From positions 2,416 through 66,415 of the forward strand of contig DASYTJ010000026.1 of NCBI GenBank assembly GCA_036002325.1: a stretch of DNA of 64,000 nucleotides. Reading direction: 5' to 3'. Of this stretch, positions 15,175 through 23,281 are shown piece after piece (the first letter of the stretch is position 1; every line of letters starts with the position of its first letter). Both the position numbers and the translations under genes were made by a program. This stretch comes from Thermoanaerobaculia bacterium (GTDB taxonomy: Bacteria > Acidobacteriota > Thermoanaerobaculia > Multivoradales > UBA5704). The notes under the pieces were generated by a model. The model worked only from the letters and a program-made list of their open reading frames with translations. It was not told the DNA's origin and did not search any database.

Positions 15175-17431
15175 GGCACGGGCCGTGCTCTGCGGCCTGC
15201 TCCTCGCCGCGGGCGCGCGGCCCGCTCCTGCCGCCGAGCCGGGCTGGACGGTCACGGTGCGAGGCCTGGACGTCACCCGGGCCGCCGCTCCCGTGATCTC
15301 CGGACCCGTGCTGCTGGTGGACGCGGCCGCCCTCGCCCCTACGCTGCGGCTGGTCGTCCGCGCCGCCGGGCGCGAGGCGTCGGTGCGCGACGTCGCCGGC
15401 GTCGAGTGGCGGGGCACGGCGGGCGACTCGCTCTTGACGGCCCCGGGCCGCAGCATGAACCTCGAGCGCTCGCTACGCATCGAGGGCCGGTCGGTGTACC
15501 TCCCGGCGAGCGCCGTCGCGGAGCTGGCAGGTCTCCGTCTCGTCGTCGATCCCGAAGCCCGCACGGCAGGGCTCGAGGACGCCGCGGGCGCCGCCGGCGT
15601 TTCACCCGCCGGCTGGCAGAGCTTCAGCCGGCCGAAGCCGGCCCCGCCCGGCGGCAAGAGCCCCGCCGCCTCGCGGCCCGAGCCACGGGACCTCCGGCTG
15701 CCGCCGGACCATGAGACGCTGCGGGTCGGCCTCGGAGTCGGCACCGTGCCGGGGGCCGACGGCGGCGCCGAGCTCACCGCCTCGGGCGCTCTGTGGGGTT
15801 ACGAAACGGGTCTCAACGCCCTGCTGACCGGCGGGCCGGAGGGCCTGGAAATCCAGAGCGGCCACGCAATGCTCACCGATCCGGACCGGGGCTGGGGCGC
15901 CGAAGGCGGAGACCTCTTCACCGAGATCTGGGGATTCGCCCGCGGCGCCCGTTTCCGCTGGCAGCGGGGGGAAGGCGACCGGGCGGTCTGGCCGGCGCTG
16001 TCGGTCTACCTGGAGGATCCCCGCGGCGGCAATGAAGGGACCGTGCTCGCGTACCACGAGGAGGCGCGCGTGGGGCGCTTCACGCTGCTCGAAGGCGAGC
16101 TGGCCTCCGACGGCTCCTGGGTGGCGAGCGGCCGTGTCCAGCGGCAGCGGATGAGCCTGTTCGGATATTACCGGCAGGACTCCGGCCGCTTCGACGCGCA
16201 GGGCGAAGGCCTCGCGGCTTCCTTCGAGCTGCCACTCGGCCTCTCCTTCCAGGCTTCGCTGTCGCGCAGCGGCTCGGGCCGCCAACGCCTGGACGGCCGG
16301 ACCTTTTCGCTCCGGATCCCTCTCCGCCCGGGCCTCGACGCCGGCGTCGAGAGCACGCGCACGGAGGGCGCCGCGACCCGCGGCCGGATCGACGCCGTGG
16401 TGGCGAGCGCCGCCCTCGGCCGCCTGCAGGTCCGCAGCCGCTTCCAGCGGCGGGAGACCGCAATCGCGCTGCTCTCCTTCGGCCGCTCCGTGCGCCTGCG
16501 CCAGGACGAGCTGTTCACCTCCGCCTCCTGGATCGCCGGCTCGCGGCTGCGGCTGGAGGCGCAGCTCGCCGAGCGCTGGCCCGAGCGCGGCGCGCGGGAG
16601 GAGTGGCGGCAGATCAACGCCTCCTACAGCCTCTCGCCGCGCACCTCGCTGCAGCTCTTCGCCGCTTCGTCGTCCTCGGGCCTCGCGGACACCTTCCGCC
16701 TGCGGATCGACCGCGAGATCCGCCCCGGCTTCGCCCTCTACGCCGAGTACGGCGACGTCGTCACCTTCCAGTCTCTCGCCTCCGGACCCGGCGAAGACCG
16801 GTCCCGCTTCCGCATCATGGTCCGCCGCACCTGGGACGTCGCCACTCCGGCCTCGCGCAGCGCCGTGGAGGGCGTTCTCGGCAGCAGCGGCGACCTGCCG
16901 ACCGCCGGCCTGCCGGTGCAGCTCGGCCCCTACCGGACCGTGACCGACGCCGACGGCCGCTACGCCTTCGCCCATGTCCCGCCGGGCCGCTACGTGCTGG
17001 GCGTGCCTCCCGAGGGCCTCCCCGCCGACGCCACGGCCGGTCCGCCCGCCGCCGTCCAGGTGAAGCGTAGGCGCACCCAGCGCGTCGACCTGTCCGTCGT
17101 CCCCCTGAGCGAGGCCCGCGGCTGGGTGTACGTGGACCGCGATGGCGACGGCCGGCGCGATCCCGGCGAAGGGATCGGCGGCGTCGCCCTGACCCTGGAC
17201 GACCGCACGACCGCCAGCGCCCCCGACGGCTCCTTCGGCTTCTTCAACCTGCCGCCCGGCTCTCACCGATTGCGGATCGAGACCGGCCTGCTGCCCGCGG
17301 GGATCGAGGCCCTGCCGCCGCTCGAGATGAGCATCGGTCTGCCGCCGGGCCAGTCGATCGATCACCTGGAGCTGCGCCTCCAGGAGAAGACCAAACCCGT
17401 CGTCTTCCAGGAGGCCCGGCGATGGAAGTGA
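15143..17431 (+). CDS. Large secreted outer-membrane-type protein (usher-like by position) with an N-terminal soluble domain, a beta-strand-rich core and two C-terminal CarboxypepD_reg/Cna-B-like repeats
   Basis: GTG 15143 overlaps the previous gene by 32 nt. Signal RLPAARARAVLCGLLLAAGARPAPA-A. A long region of alternating hydrophobic/polar strands follows. C-terminal repeats are DADGRYAFAHVPPGRYVL and DGSFGFFNLPPGSHRLRIE. Confidence 0.6.
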   Translation: MISSPRLPAARARAVLCGLLLAAGARPAPAAEPGWTVTVRGLDVTRAAAPVISGPVLLVDAAALAPTLRLVVRAAGREASVRDVAGVEWRGTAGDSLLTAPGRSMNLERSLRIEGRSVYLPASAVAELAGLRLVVDPEARTAGLEDAAGAAGVSPAGWQSFSRPKPAPPGGKSPAASRPEPRDLRLPPDHETLRVGLGVGTVPGADGGAELTASGALWGYETGLNALLTGGPEGLEIQSGHAMLTDPDRGWGAEGGDLFTEIWGFARGARFRWQRGEGDRAVWPALSVYLEDPRGGNEGTVLAYHEEARVGRFTLLEGELASDGSWVASGRVQRQRMSLFGYYRQDSGRFDAQGEGLAASFELPLGLSFQASLSRSGSGRQRLDGRTFSLRIPLRPGLDAGVESTRTEGAATRGRIDAVVASAALGRLQVRSRFQRRETAIALLSFGRSVRLRQDELFTSASWIAGSRLRLEAQLAERWPERGAREEWRQINASYSLSPRTSLQLFAASSSSGLADTFRLRIDREIRPGFALYAEYGDVVTFQSLASGPGEDRSRFRIMVRRTWDVATPASRSAVEGVLGSSGDLPTAGLPVQLGPYRTVTDADGRYAFAHVPPGRYVLGVPPEGLPADATAGPPAAVQVKRRRTQRVDLSVVPLSEARGWVYVDRDGDGRRDPGEGIGGVALTLDDRTTASAPDGSFGFFNLPPGSHRLRIETGLLPAGIEALPPLEMSIGLPPGQSIDHLELRLQEKTKPVVFQEARRWK

Positions 17432-18036
17432 ACAGGACTCGAATGTCGACACCAATGGCGTGCGCTCTTGGCGTCGCCCTTCTGGCGGCGGCGACCGCCT
17501 ACGGCCAGGAACAGGTTCGCATCCAGGTGCCGGAGAGCGTCGTCTTCGAGGTGCTGGACGCCAAGACGAAGAGCGGGGCGCCGCCGTCCCGGCTGGCCTT
17601 CGACCAGGCGATCCTGGCTTCCGACCACCGCCTGCGGGTCAGCGTGCGGGCGGAAAGGCTGGACTTCGCGAGCTCGGGCGCTCCGCCGCGGATCTTCTTC
17701 ACCGCCCACGGCGCCCGCGGCGGCACCGGGTTCAGCGGACCGCTGCGCGAGACGGACTTCACTCCGGTCTTCGAAGGCGATCCCTTCGCTCTCGCCGGCG
17801 GCGTGGAGATCGCCTGGACCCTCGAACGCTTCCAGGATCTCGGCGGCGCCCGCGTCTATCCCGTCTTCCTGCGCTGGAAGGTGGAATCCGTTCCCGGCGG
17901 GAACCGGCCCGGCAACCGGTTCCCGGACGCCGGAGATCCGCTCGCCGCGGCGTCGGGCCGAGCGTCTGCGGCCTCCGGCAGCCCGGGATTCGCTCATGAC
18001 GCGGCGGCACGGGAGCTGCCGCCTCCGCCGCGCTGA
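17422..18036 (+). CDS. Secreted divergent paralog of the subunit-like proteins (putative minor subunit/adaptor)
   Basis: AGGAGG lies 7 nt upstream of ATG 17422, which overlaps the previous stop. Signal MACALGVALLAAATAYG-Q. Ends its conserved part with FLRWKVESVP, compared with TWKFESIG in the paralogs. Confidence 0.6.
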   Translation: MEVNRTRMSTPMACALGVALLAAATAYGQEQVRIQVPESVVFEVLDAKTKSGAPPSRLAFDQAILASDHRLRVSVRAERLDFASSGAPPRIFFTAHGARGGTGFSGPLRETDFTPVFEGDPFALAGGVEIAWTLERFQDLGGARVYPVFLRWKVESVPGGNRPGNRFPDAGDPLAAASGRASAASGSPGFAHDAAARELPPPPR

Positions 18037-18049
18037 AAGGGAACGATCC

Positions 18050-18595
18050 ATGGCCGGAAAGCGGATTCTCGGAGCTCTCGTCGCCGCGGCACTGACAACA
18101 GCCGCGGCGGCCGGCGGTCAGACCACGGTGACGCTGCCCGACACCAGCCTGACCACCGAGGTCTACACGAAAGTCGCGGAGACGGCGGACGTCACCGTGC
18201 CGGCGGGCGTCATCTTCCCCGTCCTCAACGTCGCCGCCGGCACCACGGCCGGCGCCGCCTCCATGACGGTCAGCAACATCCTGCTGGAGACGGCGACCAA
18301 GCAGCTCAAGATTTCCATCCAGGCCGGCGCAGCGTCCTTCACTCCTCCCGTGAGCGGCGCCACCACGTGGTCGGCCAGCGACGTGACCTGGAACGCCGCC
18401 ACCTGGACGAACGCCACCGGCGTCGGCGGAATTCTGAGCAGCAGCGCCTTCACCGAGGTCGCCACCTGCAACGCCAACGTTGCGAGCTGCGGCACGACCG
18501 GGCTCGTCTTCACCCTGGCGCCGAAGAGCACGGTCAAGCGCGCGGGCGACCACATCCTGTCCATCACCTGGAAGTTCGAAAGTATCGGCCTGTAG
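18050..18595 (+). CDS. Secreted Thr/Ser/Ala-rich beta-type protein, putative fibre subunit (paralog 2)
   Basis: AAGGGA upstream of ATG 18050. Signal ILGALVAAALTTAAAAGG-Q. Collinear with 13736-14281 (QTTVTLPDTS..., ATKQLK[VI]SIQ[GA]GAASFTPP, DVTWNAATWTNATG, C-x6-C, TWKFESIGL). Confidence 0.7.
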   Translation: MAGKRILGALVAAALTTAAAAGGQTTVTLPDTSLTTEVYTKVAETADVTVPAGVIFPVLNVAAGTTAGAASMTVSNILLETATKQLKISIQAGAASFTPPVSGATTWSASDVTWNAATWTNATGVGGILSSSAFTEVATCNANVASCGTTGLVFTLAPKSTVKRAGDHILSITWKFESIGL

Positions 18596-18639
18596 CACCG
18601 CTTGACAATCCGTACCAGAGCGGTACAGAATCAATCGTG

Positions 18640-18664
18640 TTTATTGAGATGAAATCTCAATAAA
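18640..18664. promoter_or_regulatory. AT-rich perfect palindrome (11-bp arms), candidate metalloregulator operator upstream of the TonB-dependent receptor
   Basis: TTTATTGAGAT-GAA-ATCTCAATAAA in an otherwise GC-rich region. A TTGACA hexamer at 18602-18607 with TACAGA 16 nt downstream precedes it. Confidence 0.45.
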
Positions 18665-18824
18665 GAGTTTCTCCTCCGGGATCCGACTCGCGGAACCCGG
18701 TGAAAAACAAACGAGGTGACCCGGCCTCACCTGGCAAGCGGTGCCGGACCACCCCGACGACCCGAGGCGCACGGAACCTCCGCGAGCGGCGGCCCGTGGC
18801 CTTTGGTACAGGAGGCATCTTACC

Positions 18825-21137
18825 ATGCAGGTCTCGCCTCGCCTTGCGCTCTTCCTTGTTGCCTTCAGTACGATGCAGTCGGTCTTCGCCGCGACATCCG
18901 ATCCGCCGGCTGAATCCCGCGAGCCGGCTACCGCGGAAGCGGCGACGGCCGATGCCGAGCCGCCCACTTTCCTCGATGCCATTACCGTGACGGCGACGCG
19001 GAGCCCGAAGAGCGTCAAGGACGCTCCGGGGTCCGTCTCGGTGATCGACGCGGCGCGGATCGAGCGGGAGATGGCGGCCGACGCCCGCGATCTGGTCCGT
19101 TTCGAGCCGGGCGTCTACGTCGAGGGTGACGTGACCCGCCTGGGCCTCTCGGGCTTCAACATCCGCGGCGTCGGCGGCAACCGGGTGCTCACCCAAGTGG
19201 ACGGCATTCCTACCGCGGAGCAGTTCAGCTTCGGTCCGCTCAGCGTGCCGCAGACGTTTCTCGATCTCGACGCGGTCTCCTCAGTGGAGATCGTGCGCAG
19301 CGCCGCTTCGTCGCTCTACGGCAGCGACGCGCTGGGCGGCGTCGTCTCCGTGGTCACCAAGGATCCGCGGGATCTGCTCGATGGCGGCCGGAGCGCCTTC
19401 CGGCTGCGGGCCGGCTACGACGGCCGGGACCGCGAGGTTTCCGAGAGCCTCACCGGCGCCTTCGGCAGCCAGAGATGGGACGGCTCGCTGCTGGTCTCCC
19501 GCCGCGACGGCGAGGAGATGGACAATCAGGGGACCGTCGAAACCGCCAACAGCTCGCGCACGGCGCCCAATCCGGCCGACCGCGAAGGGACGCAGGCGCT
19601 GGGCAAGGTGGTCTTCCGGCCGAGCGGCTCCTTGACGTGGCGTCTGGGGCTCGAGCGCTACGCCGGCCGGACAGACACCGCGGTGCTGAGCTCGCAGGGC
19701 CTCGTCGACATGAGCGCCGGCTTTCCGCCCGGCGCGGTCTTCACCATCGACACCACGAACTTCGACGCCCGCGACGAGGTGGACCGTTCCCGCCTCTCGC
19801 TGGAGCAGTCGCTGCAGCGTTCCGGCGGTCTTTTCGACACTCTCTTCTGGCGGCTCTACGGCCAGGACAGCGAGTCCGAGCAGCACACGGTCGAGCGCCG
19901 CGTCACCACACAGGGCGGCTCGGTCCTCGGCCCCATCCGCACCACCAGCGTGGACCGTTTCGGGCTGCTGACCTTCGAGCAGCGGCGGCTCGGCGGCGAG
20001 GCGCAGATGATGCGCTACGTCGAGGTGCGGAGCGTGCCGGTGCTGTTCACCTATGGCGCGAGCGCGGGCCGCGACAGTTTCGATCAGCTCCGCAACCGCA
20101 GGGACGTGAATCTTGCCACCGGCGCCACCGTGCCGGGCGCGCTGCCCTTCCCCACCAAGTACTTCCCGGAGAGCGAGGTCACCGAGCTTGGGGCCTACTT
20201 GCAAGCCGAGCTGGAGCTGGCCGGCGGCCGCCTGCGGCTCACTCCCGGCCTGCGCTTCGACCGCTTTGATCTCGACGCCGACCAGGACGACCGGATCTAT
20301 CGGAGCGGCAACCCCGGGACGCTGCCGCCCGCCGACCTCAGCGACGCGGCGCTCTCGCCCAAGCTCTCTCTCGTCTACGCGCCCAAACCTTCTCTCGCGG
20401 TCTTCGCGCAGTACGCCCGCGGCTTCCGGGCGCCGCCGTACAGCGAGGTCAACAACGGCTTCACCAACGTGGCGAGCGGCTATACCACTCTCGCCAATCC
20501 GGACCTCCGGCCCGAGACGAGCGACAACTACGAGGTGGGCGTCCGCGCCGCCATGGGCAAGGCGAGCCTGAGCTTCACGGTCTTCGACAACCGCTACGAG
20601 GACTTCATCGAGACGGTGACGGTGGGATTCAACCCGGCGACCGGGCTGATCGAGTTCCAGCCGCGGAACGTGACGGAGGCGAGGATCCACGGCGTTGAAG
20701 TGGCGGGCGACGCGGCCCTCGGTTCCCTGCTGCGCCTGCGCGGCAGCTTCGCTTGGATCGAAGGGGAGAACCGCACCGCGGACGTGCCGCTCAACACGAT
20801 CCCCCCGGCCCGGCTGGTGCTCGGCCTGCAGCTCCGCCCGTCCGGCAGCCGCTTCGGCGCCGAGCTGGTCTCCACCGTCGCCGCCGGCAAGGACGAGGAC
20901 GATCTGGACACCTCCGCCGTCCGCCAGTTCGCGGCCCCCAGCTACGAGGTCTTCGACCTCACCGCGTTCATGGAGATCACCGAGCGGCTCTCCGTGCACG
21001 CGGGCGTGTTCAACCTGCTCGACGAAACCTACTGGGAGTGGGCCAACGTGCGCGGCGTCGCCGCCGCCTCGCCAGTCCTCGACCGCTACACCAGTCCCGG
21101 CCGCGCGGCGGCGGCATCGCTGCGCTGGCATTGGTAG
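18825..21137 (+). CDS. TonB-dependent outer-membrane receptor (haem/haemoglobin-transferrin-type features)
   Basis: AGGAGG lies 9 nt upstream of ATG 18825. Signal peptide present. Plug region (ITVTATRSPKSVKDAPGSVSVID, VEIVRSAASSLYGSDALGGVV). FRAP and NPDL boxes (GFRAPPYSEVNNGF...LANPDLRPE). The C-terminus is aromatic (...SLRWHW). Confidence 0.9.
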   Translation: MQVSPRLALFLVAFSTMQSVFAATSDPPAESREPATAEAATADAEPPTFLDAITVTATRSPKSVKDAPGSVSVIDAARIEREMAADARDLVRFEPGVYVEGDVTRLGLSGFNIRGVGGNRVLTQVDGIPTAEQFSFGPLSVPQTFLDLDAVSSVEIVRSAASSLYGSDALGGVVSVVTKDPRDLLDGGRSAFRLRAGYDGRDREVSESLTGAFGSQRWDGSLLVSRRDGEEMDNQGTVETANSSRTAPNPADREGTQALGKVVFRPSGSLTWRLGLERYAGRTDTAVLSSQGLVDMSAGFPPGAVFTIDTTNFDARDEVDRSRLSLEQSLQRSGGLFDTLFWRLYGQDSESEQHTVERRVTTQGGSVLGPIRTTSVDRFGLLTFEQRRLGGEAQMMRYVEVRSVPVLFTYGASAGRDSFDQLRNRRDVNLATGATVPGALPFPTKYFPESEVTELGAYLQAELELAGGRLRLTPGLRFDRFDLDADQDDRIYRSGNPGTLPPADLSDAALSPKLSLVYAPKPSLAVFAQYARGFRAPPYSEVNNGFTNVASGYTTLANPDLRPETSDNYEVGVRAAMGKASLSFTVFDNRYEDFIETVTVGFNPATGLIEFQPRNVTEARIHGVEVAGDAALGSLLRLRGSFAWIEGENRTADVPLNTIPPARLVLGLQLRPSGSRFGAELVSTVAAGKDEDDLDTSAVRQFAAPSYEVFDLTAFMEITERLSVHAGVFNLLDETYWEWANVRGVAAASPVLDRYTSPGRAAAASLRWHW

Positions 21138-21147
21138 GAGGCATTTG

Positions 21148-22104
21148 ATGAAACCGATGCGATCGATCTGCGCCGCCGTCCTGCTGGCAGCGTTTTCCCT
21201 GGCGGGCGCGAGCGTGCAAAGCGCCGCCGCTGCGGAACCGGACCCTTACGGCCTTCTCATCATGGCCCACGGCGGCACGCCGGAATGGAACCAGGCCGTT
21301 CTCGACGCCGTCCAGCCGCTACGCGATCGTTACCCGGTCGAGGTGGCCTTCGGCATGGCCGACGCCTGCTCGATTCAGGAGGCCGTCGGCAAGCTGGAGG
21401 GGCGGGGCGTCCGCAAGATCGGCGTGGTGCGGCTCTTCGTCAGCGGCGAGAGCTGGTACGAGCGCACCGAGCAGATCCTCGGCTTGCGCGACGGCGCTCC
21501 CGCCGCCGCGCCCGAGTCCGCGTGTGAAGGCGGCCACGATCACGGCGCCGGCGCTCACCGCATGGCGCTGTTCCGGATCCCCGCGCAAGCCTCCTTCGCG
21601 CTCTCCCGTCAGGGCCTTGCGGAGGCTCCGGAGATGGGAGCCATCCTGGCCGAGCGCGCCGCCGCCCTCAGTCGTAACCCGGAAAGAGAAGACGTCCTCG
21701 TCCTGGCGCACGGTCCCGGCGACGATGCGGAGAACGAGCGCTGGCTCGCCAGTCTGGACGCCCGTGCGGAGGAGATCCGGCGTTCCCGTCCGTTCCATCG
21801 CGTGGCGGCGATGACGCTGCGGGAAGACTGGCCCGAGAAACGGCAGGCCGCCGAGCAAGCGGTCCGCGATTTCGTGAGCCGCGCCACCGGCGAAGGACGG
21901 CAGGCGATCGTGGTCCCGTTCCGTCTCTACGGGTTCGGACCGTATGAAAAGGTCTTCGCGGGGCTCGGCTACGTTGCGGACCGCCAGGGTTTGCTGCCAC
22001 ACGCCTTTGTCACGGATTGGATCGCGCGCCAGGCCGGGGAGCTGCGCTCTGGGAGCCGCAGCGTTGACGACCGCCAGGAGCCAGCGAATGGATCGTCCCC
22101 TTAG
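21148..22104 (+). CDS. Signal-peptide-bearing CbiX/SirB-like (class II chelatase fold) protein
   Basis: AGGAGG upstream of ATG 21148. Signal MKPMRSICAAVLLAAFSLAGASVQSAAA. Two CbiX-like halves start LLIMAHGG and VLVLAHGPG, with a His-rich loop CEGGHDHGAGAH between them. Confidence 0.55.
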   Translation: MKPMRSICAAVLLAAFSLAGASVQSAAAAEPDPYGLLIMAHGGTPEWNQAVLDAVQPLRDRYPVEVAFGMADACSIQEAVGKLEGRGVRKIGVVRLFVSGESWYERTEQILGLRDGAPAAAPESACEGGHDHGAGAHRMALFRIPAQASFALSRQGLAEAPEMGAILAERAAALSRNPEREDVLVLAHGPGDDAENERWLASLDARAEEIRRSRPFHRVAAMTLREDWPEKRQAAEQAVRDFVSRATGEGRQAIVVPFRLYGFGPYEKVFAGLGYVADRQGLLPHAFVTDWIARQAGELRSGSRSVDDRQEPANGSSP

Positions 22105-22447
22105 CGCCTCCGCTGCGACCGCCGATCAGGACCGGCGGACCACCCAAGGCCGAATCTGCCGCTGTCCGCACTGCGAACTTCTACAGCTCCGGTTCGGCAA
22201 CCTCTCGGCGCACCTGGACGCCGAATCCCTGCTCCTGCTGGCGAGCCGGGTTCAGTATGCGTTCACCGCCGTCGGACCGAAGCTGACCGGCGACCAGAGG
22301 GTGGTGATTCCCTTCGGTCCCGGCCACTTCTCCCTGTTGCTGGACCGCACCGAACTTACGGAGCTTCACCGTCTGGTCCAGGACGGCTTGAAATGGCTCG
22401 ACGGGCAGGAGGCGGCGAAAGATCCGGCGACGCTCCGCGTGCATTGA
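22088..22447 (+). CDS. Hypothetical 119-aa protein with a CRCPHC motif
   Basis: ATG 22088 overlaps the end of the CbiX-like gene by 17 nt. No recognisable family. Confidence 0.4.
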   Translation: MDRPLSASAATADQDRRTTQGRICRCPHCELLQLRFGNLSAHLDAESLLLLASRVQYAFTAVGPKLTGDQRVVIPFGPGHFSLLLDRTELTELHRLVQDGLKWLDGQEAAKDPATLRVH

Positions 22448-22487
22448 GCGGGCGGACGAGCGCGGCCCCCGGCGGGCTCGACGCCCG

Positions 22488-22865
22488 CTAGAACGCCGTC
22501 GCCGCGGTGAACTCCTCCCATTCGCGGGAGTCGATGTGCTGGTACTCCCGCCAGCGGCTGATCTTGCCGTCGGCGATCTTGACGAGCACGGTGCCGTGGT
22601 AGCGGTACGTGCCCTCGTAGCTGTACTCCGCCGCGCCGATCTGCTGTTCCTCGTCGAAGACGACCGTGTGCCACACCGTCCGCTGGTCGTAGCCCTCGTC
22701 GGCCTCGAAGAACGCCCGCAGCTCGGCCCTGCCGTTGAAGGAATAGCGCGTCGGATCACCGTAGCGGACGTCCTCGGCGAAAAAGCTCGCCGCCGTGGCG
22801 TAATCGCGGCGCGACCAGGCGTCGGCGAGGGATTGGAGGAGATTTCGGAACTCGGTTTTGGTCAT
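22488..22865 (-). CDS. SnoaL-like / NTF2-fold family protein
   Basis: MTKTEFRNLLQSLADAWSRRDYATAASFFAEDVRYGDP... has the typical SnoaL-like N-terminus. ATG 22865 is preferred over the TTG at 22883. Confidence 0.7.
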   Translation of the reverse strand: MTKTEFRNLLQSLADAWSRRDYATAASFFAEDVRYGDPTRYSFNGRAELRAFFEADEGYDQRTVWHTVVFDEEQQIGAAEYSYEGTYRYHGTVLVKIADGKISRWREYQHIDSREWEEFTAATAF

Positions 22866-22866
22866 G

Positions 22867-23232
22867 TCAGTCGCCCAGTCCAATTCGCTTTTTCCACGTG
22901 TCCGGATGGCGACGCTGATGGAGCACAGCTATGACCACGACGCTCTCGTTCTCCGCAGCGAAATATACGGAGTACGGGAAATGCCGGAGATGGCCGCGTC
23001 GGATGGTGAGTTTCAACCGAGGGAAATGGAGAGGGTGTTCAGTGATCCGGTCAAGGAGTTGTCTGGGCTCACGTGTGAACCGGTCTCCAAGGCCGGACCG
23101 CTGGAGGTCATTTCAGAAAGCCGCCTCTTCAGCATCGCGTCTCGCCTCAGGAACGTCTTCAGGCCGGCCGGCAATCCGATCCCAGAGTGACTGAACATAA
23201 TCGACTTTCTCGTCAATCGAGAGCTCATCGAA
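22867..23232 (-). pseudogene. Degraded type II toxin-antitoxin remnant: an antitoxin fragment fused in-frame to a RelE/ParE-family toxin carrying an internal TGA
   Basis: A single minus-strand frame reads ..DELSIDEKVDYVQSLWDRIAGRPEDVPEARRDAEEAAF*NDLQRSGLGDRFTREPRQLLDRITEHPLHFPRLKLTIRRGHLRHFPYSVYFAAENESVVVIAVLHQRRHPDTWKKR.. There is no usable start codon. The TGA at 23113-23115 sits where this family has Trp. Confidence 0.6.
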
Positions 23233-23281
23233 TCCTGGCGGGAGGGAGGGGTAGGCTGCAAGCCATCGTAAGGTCCTCCGA

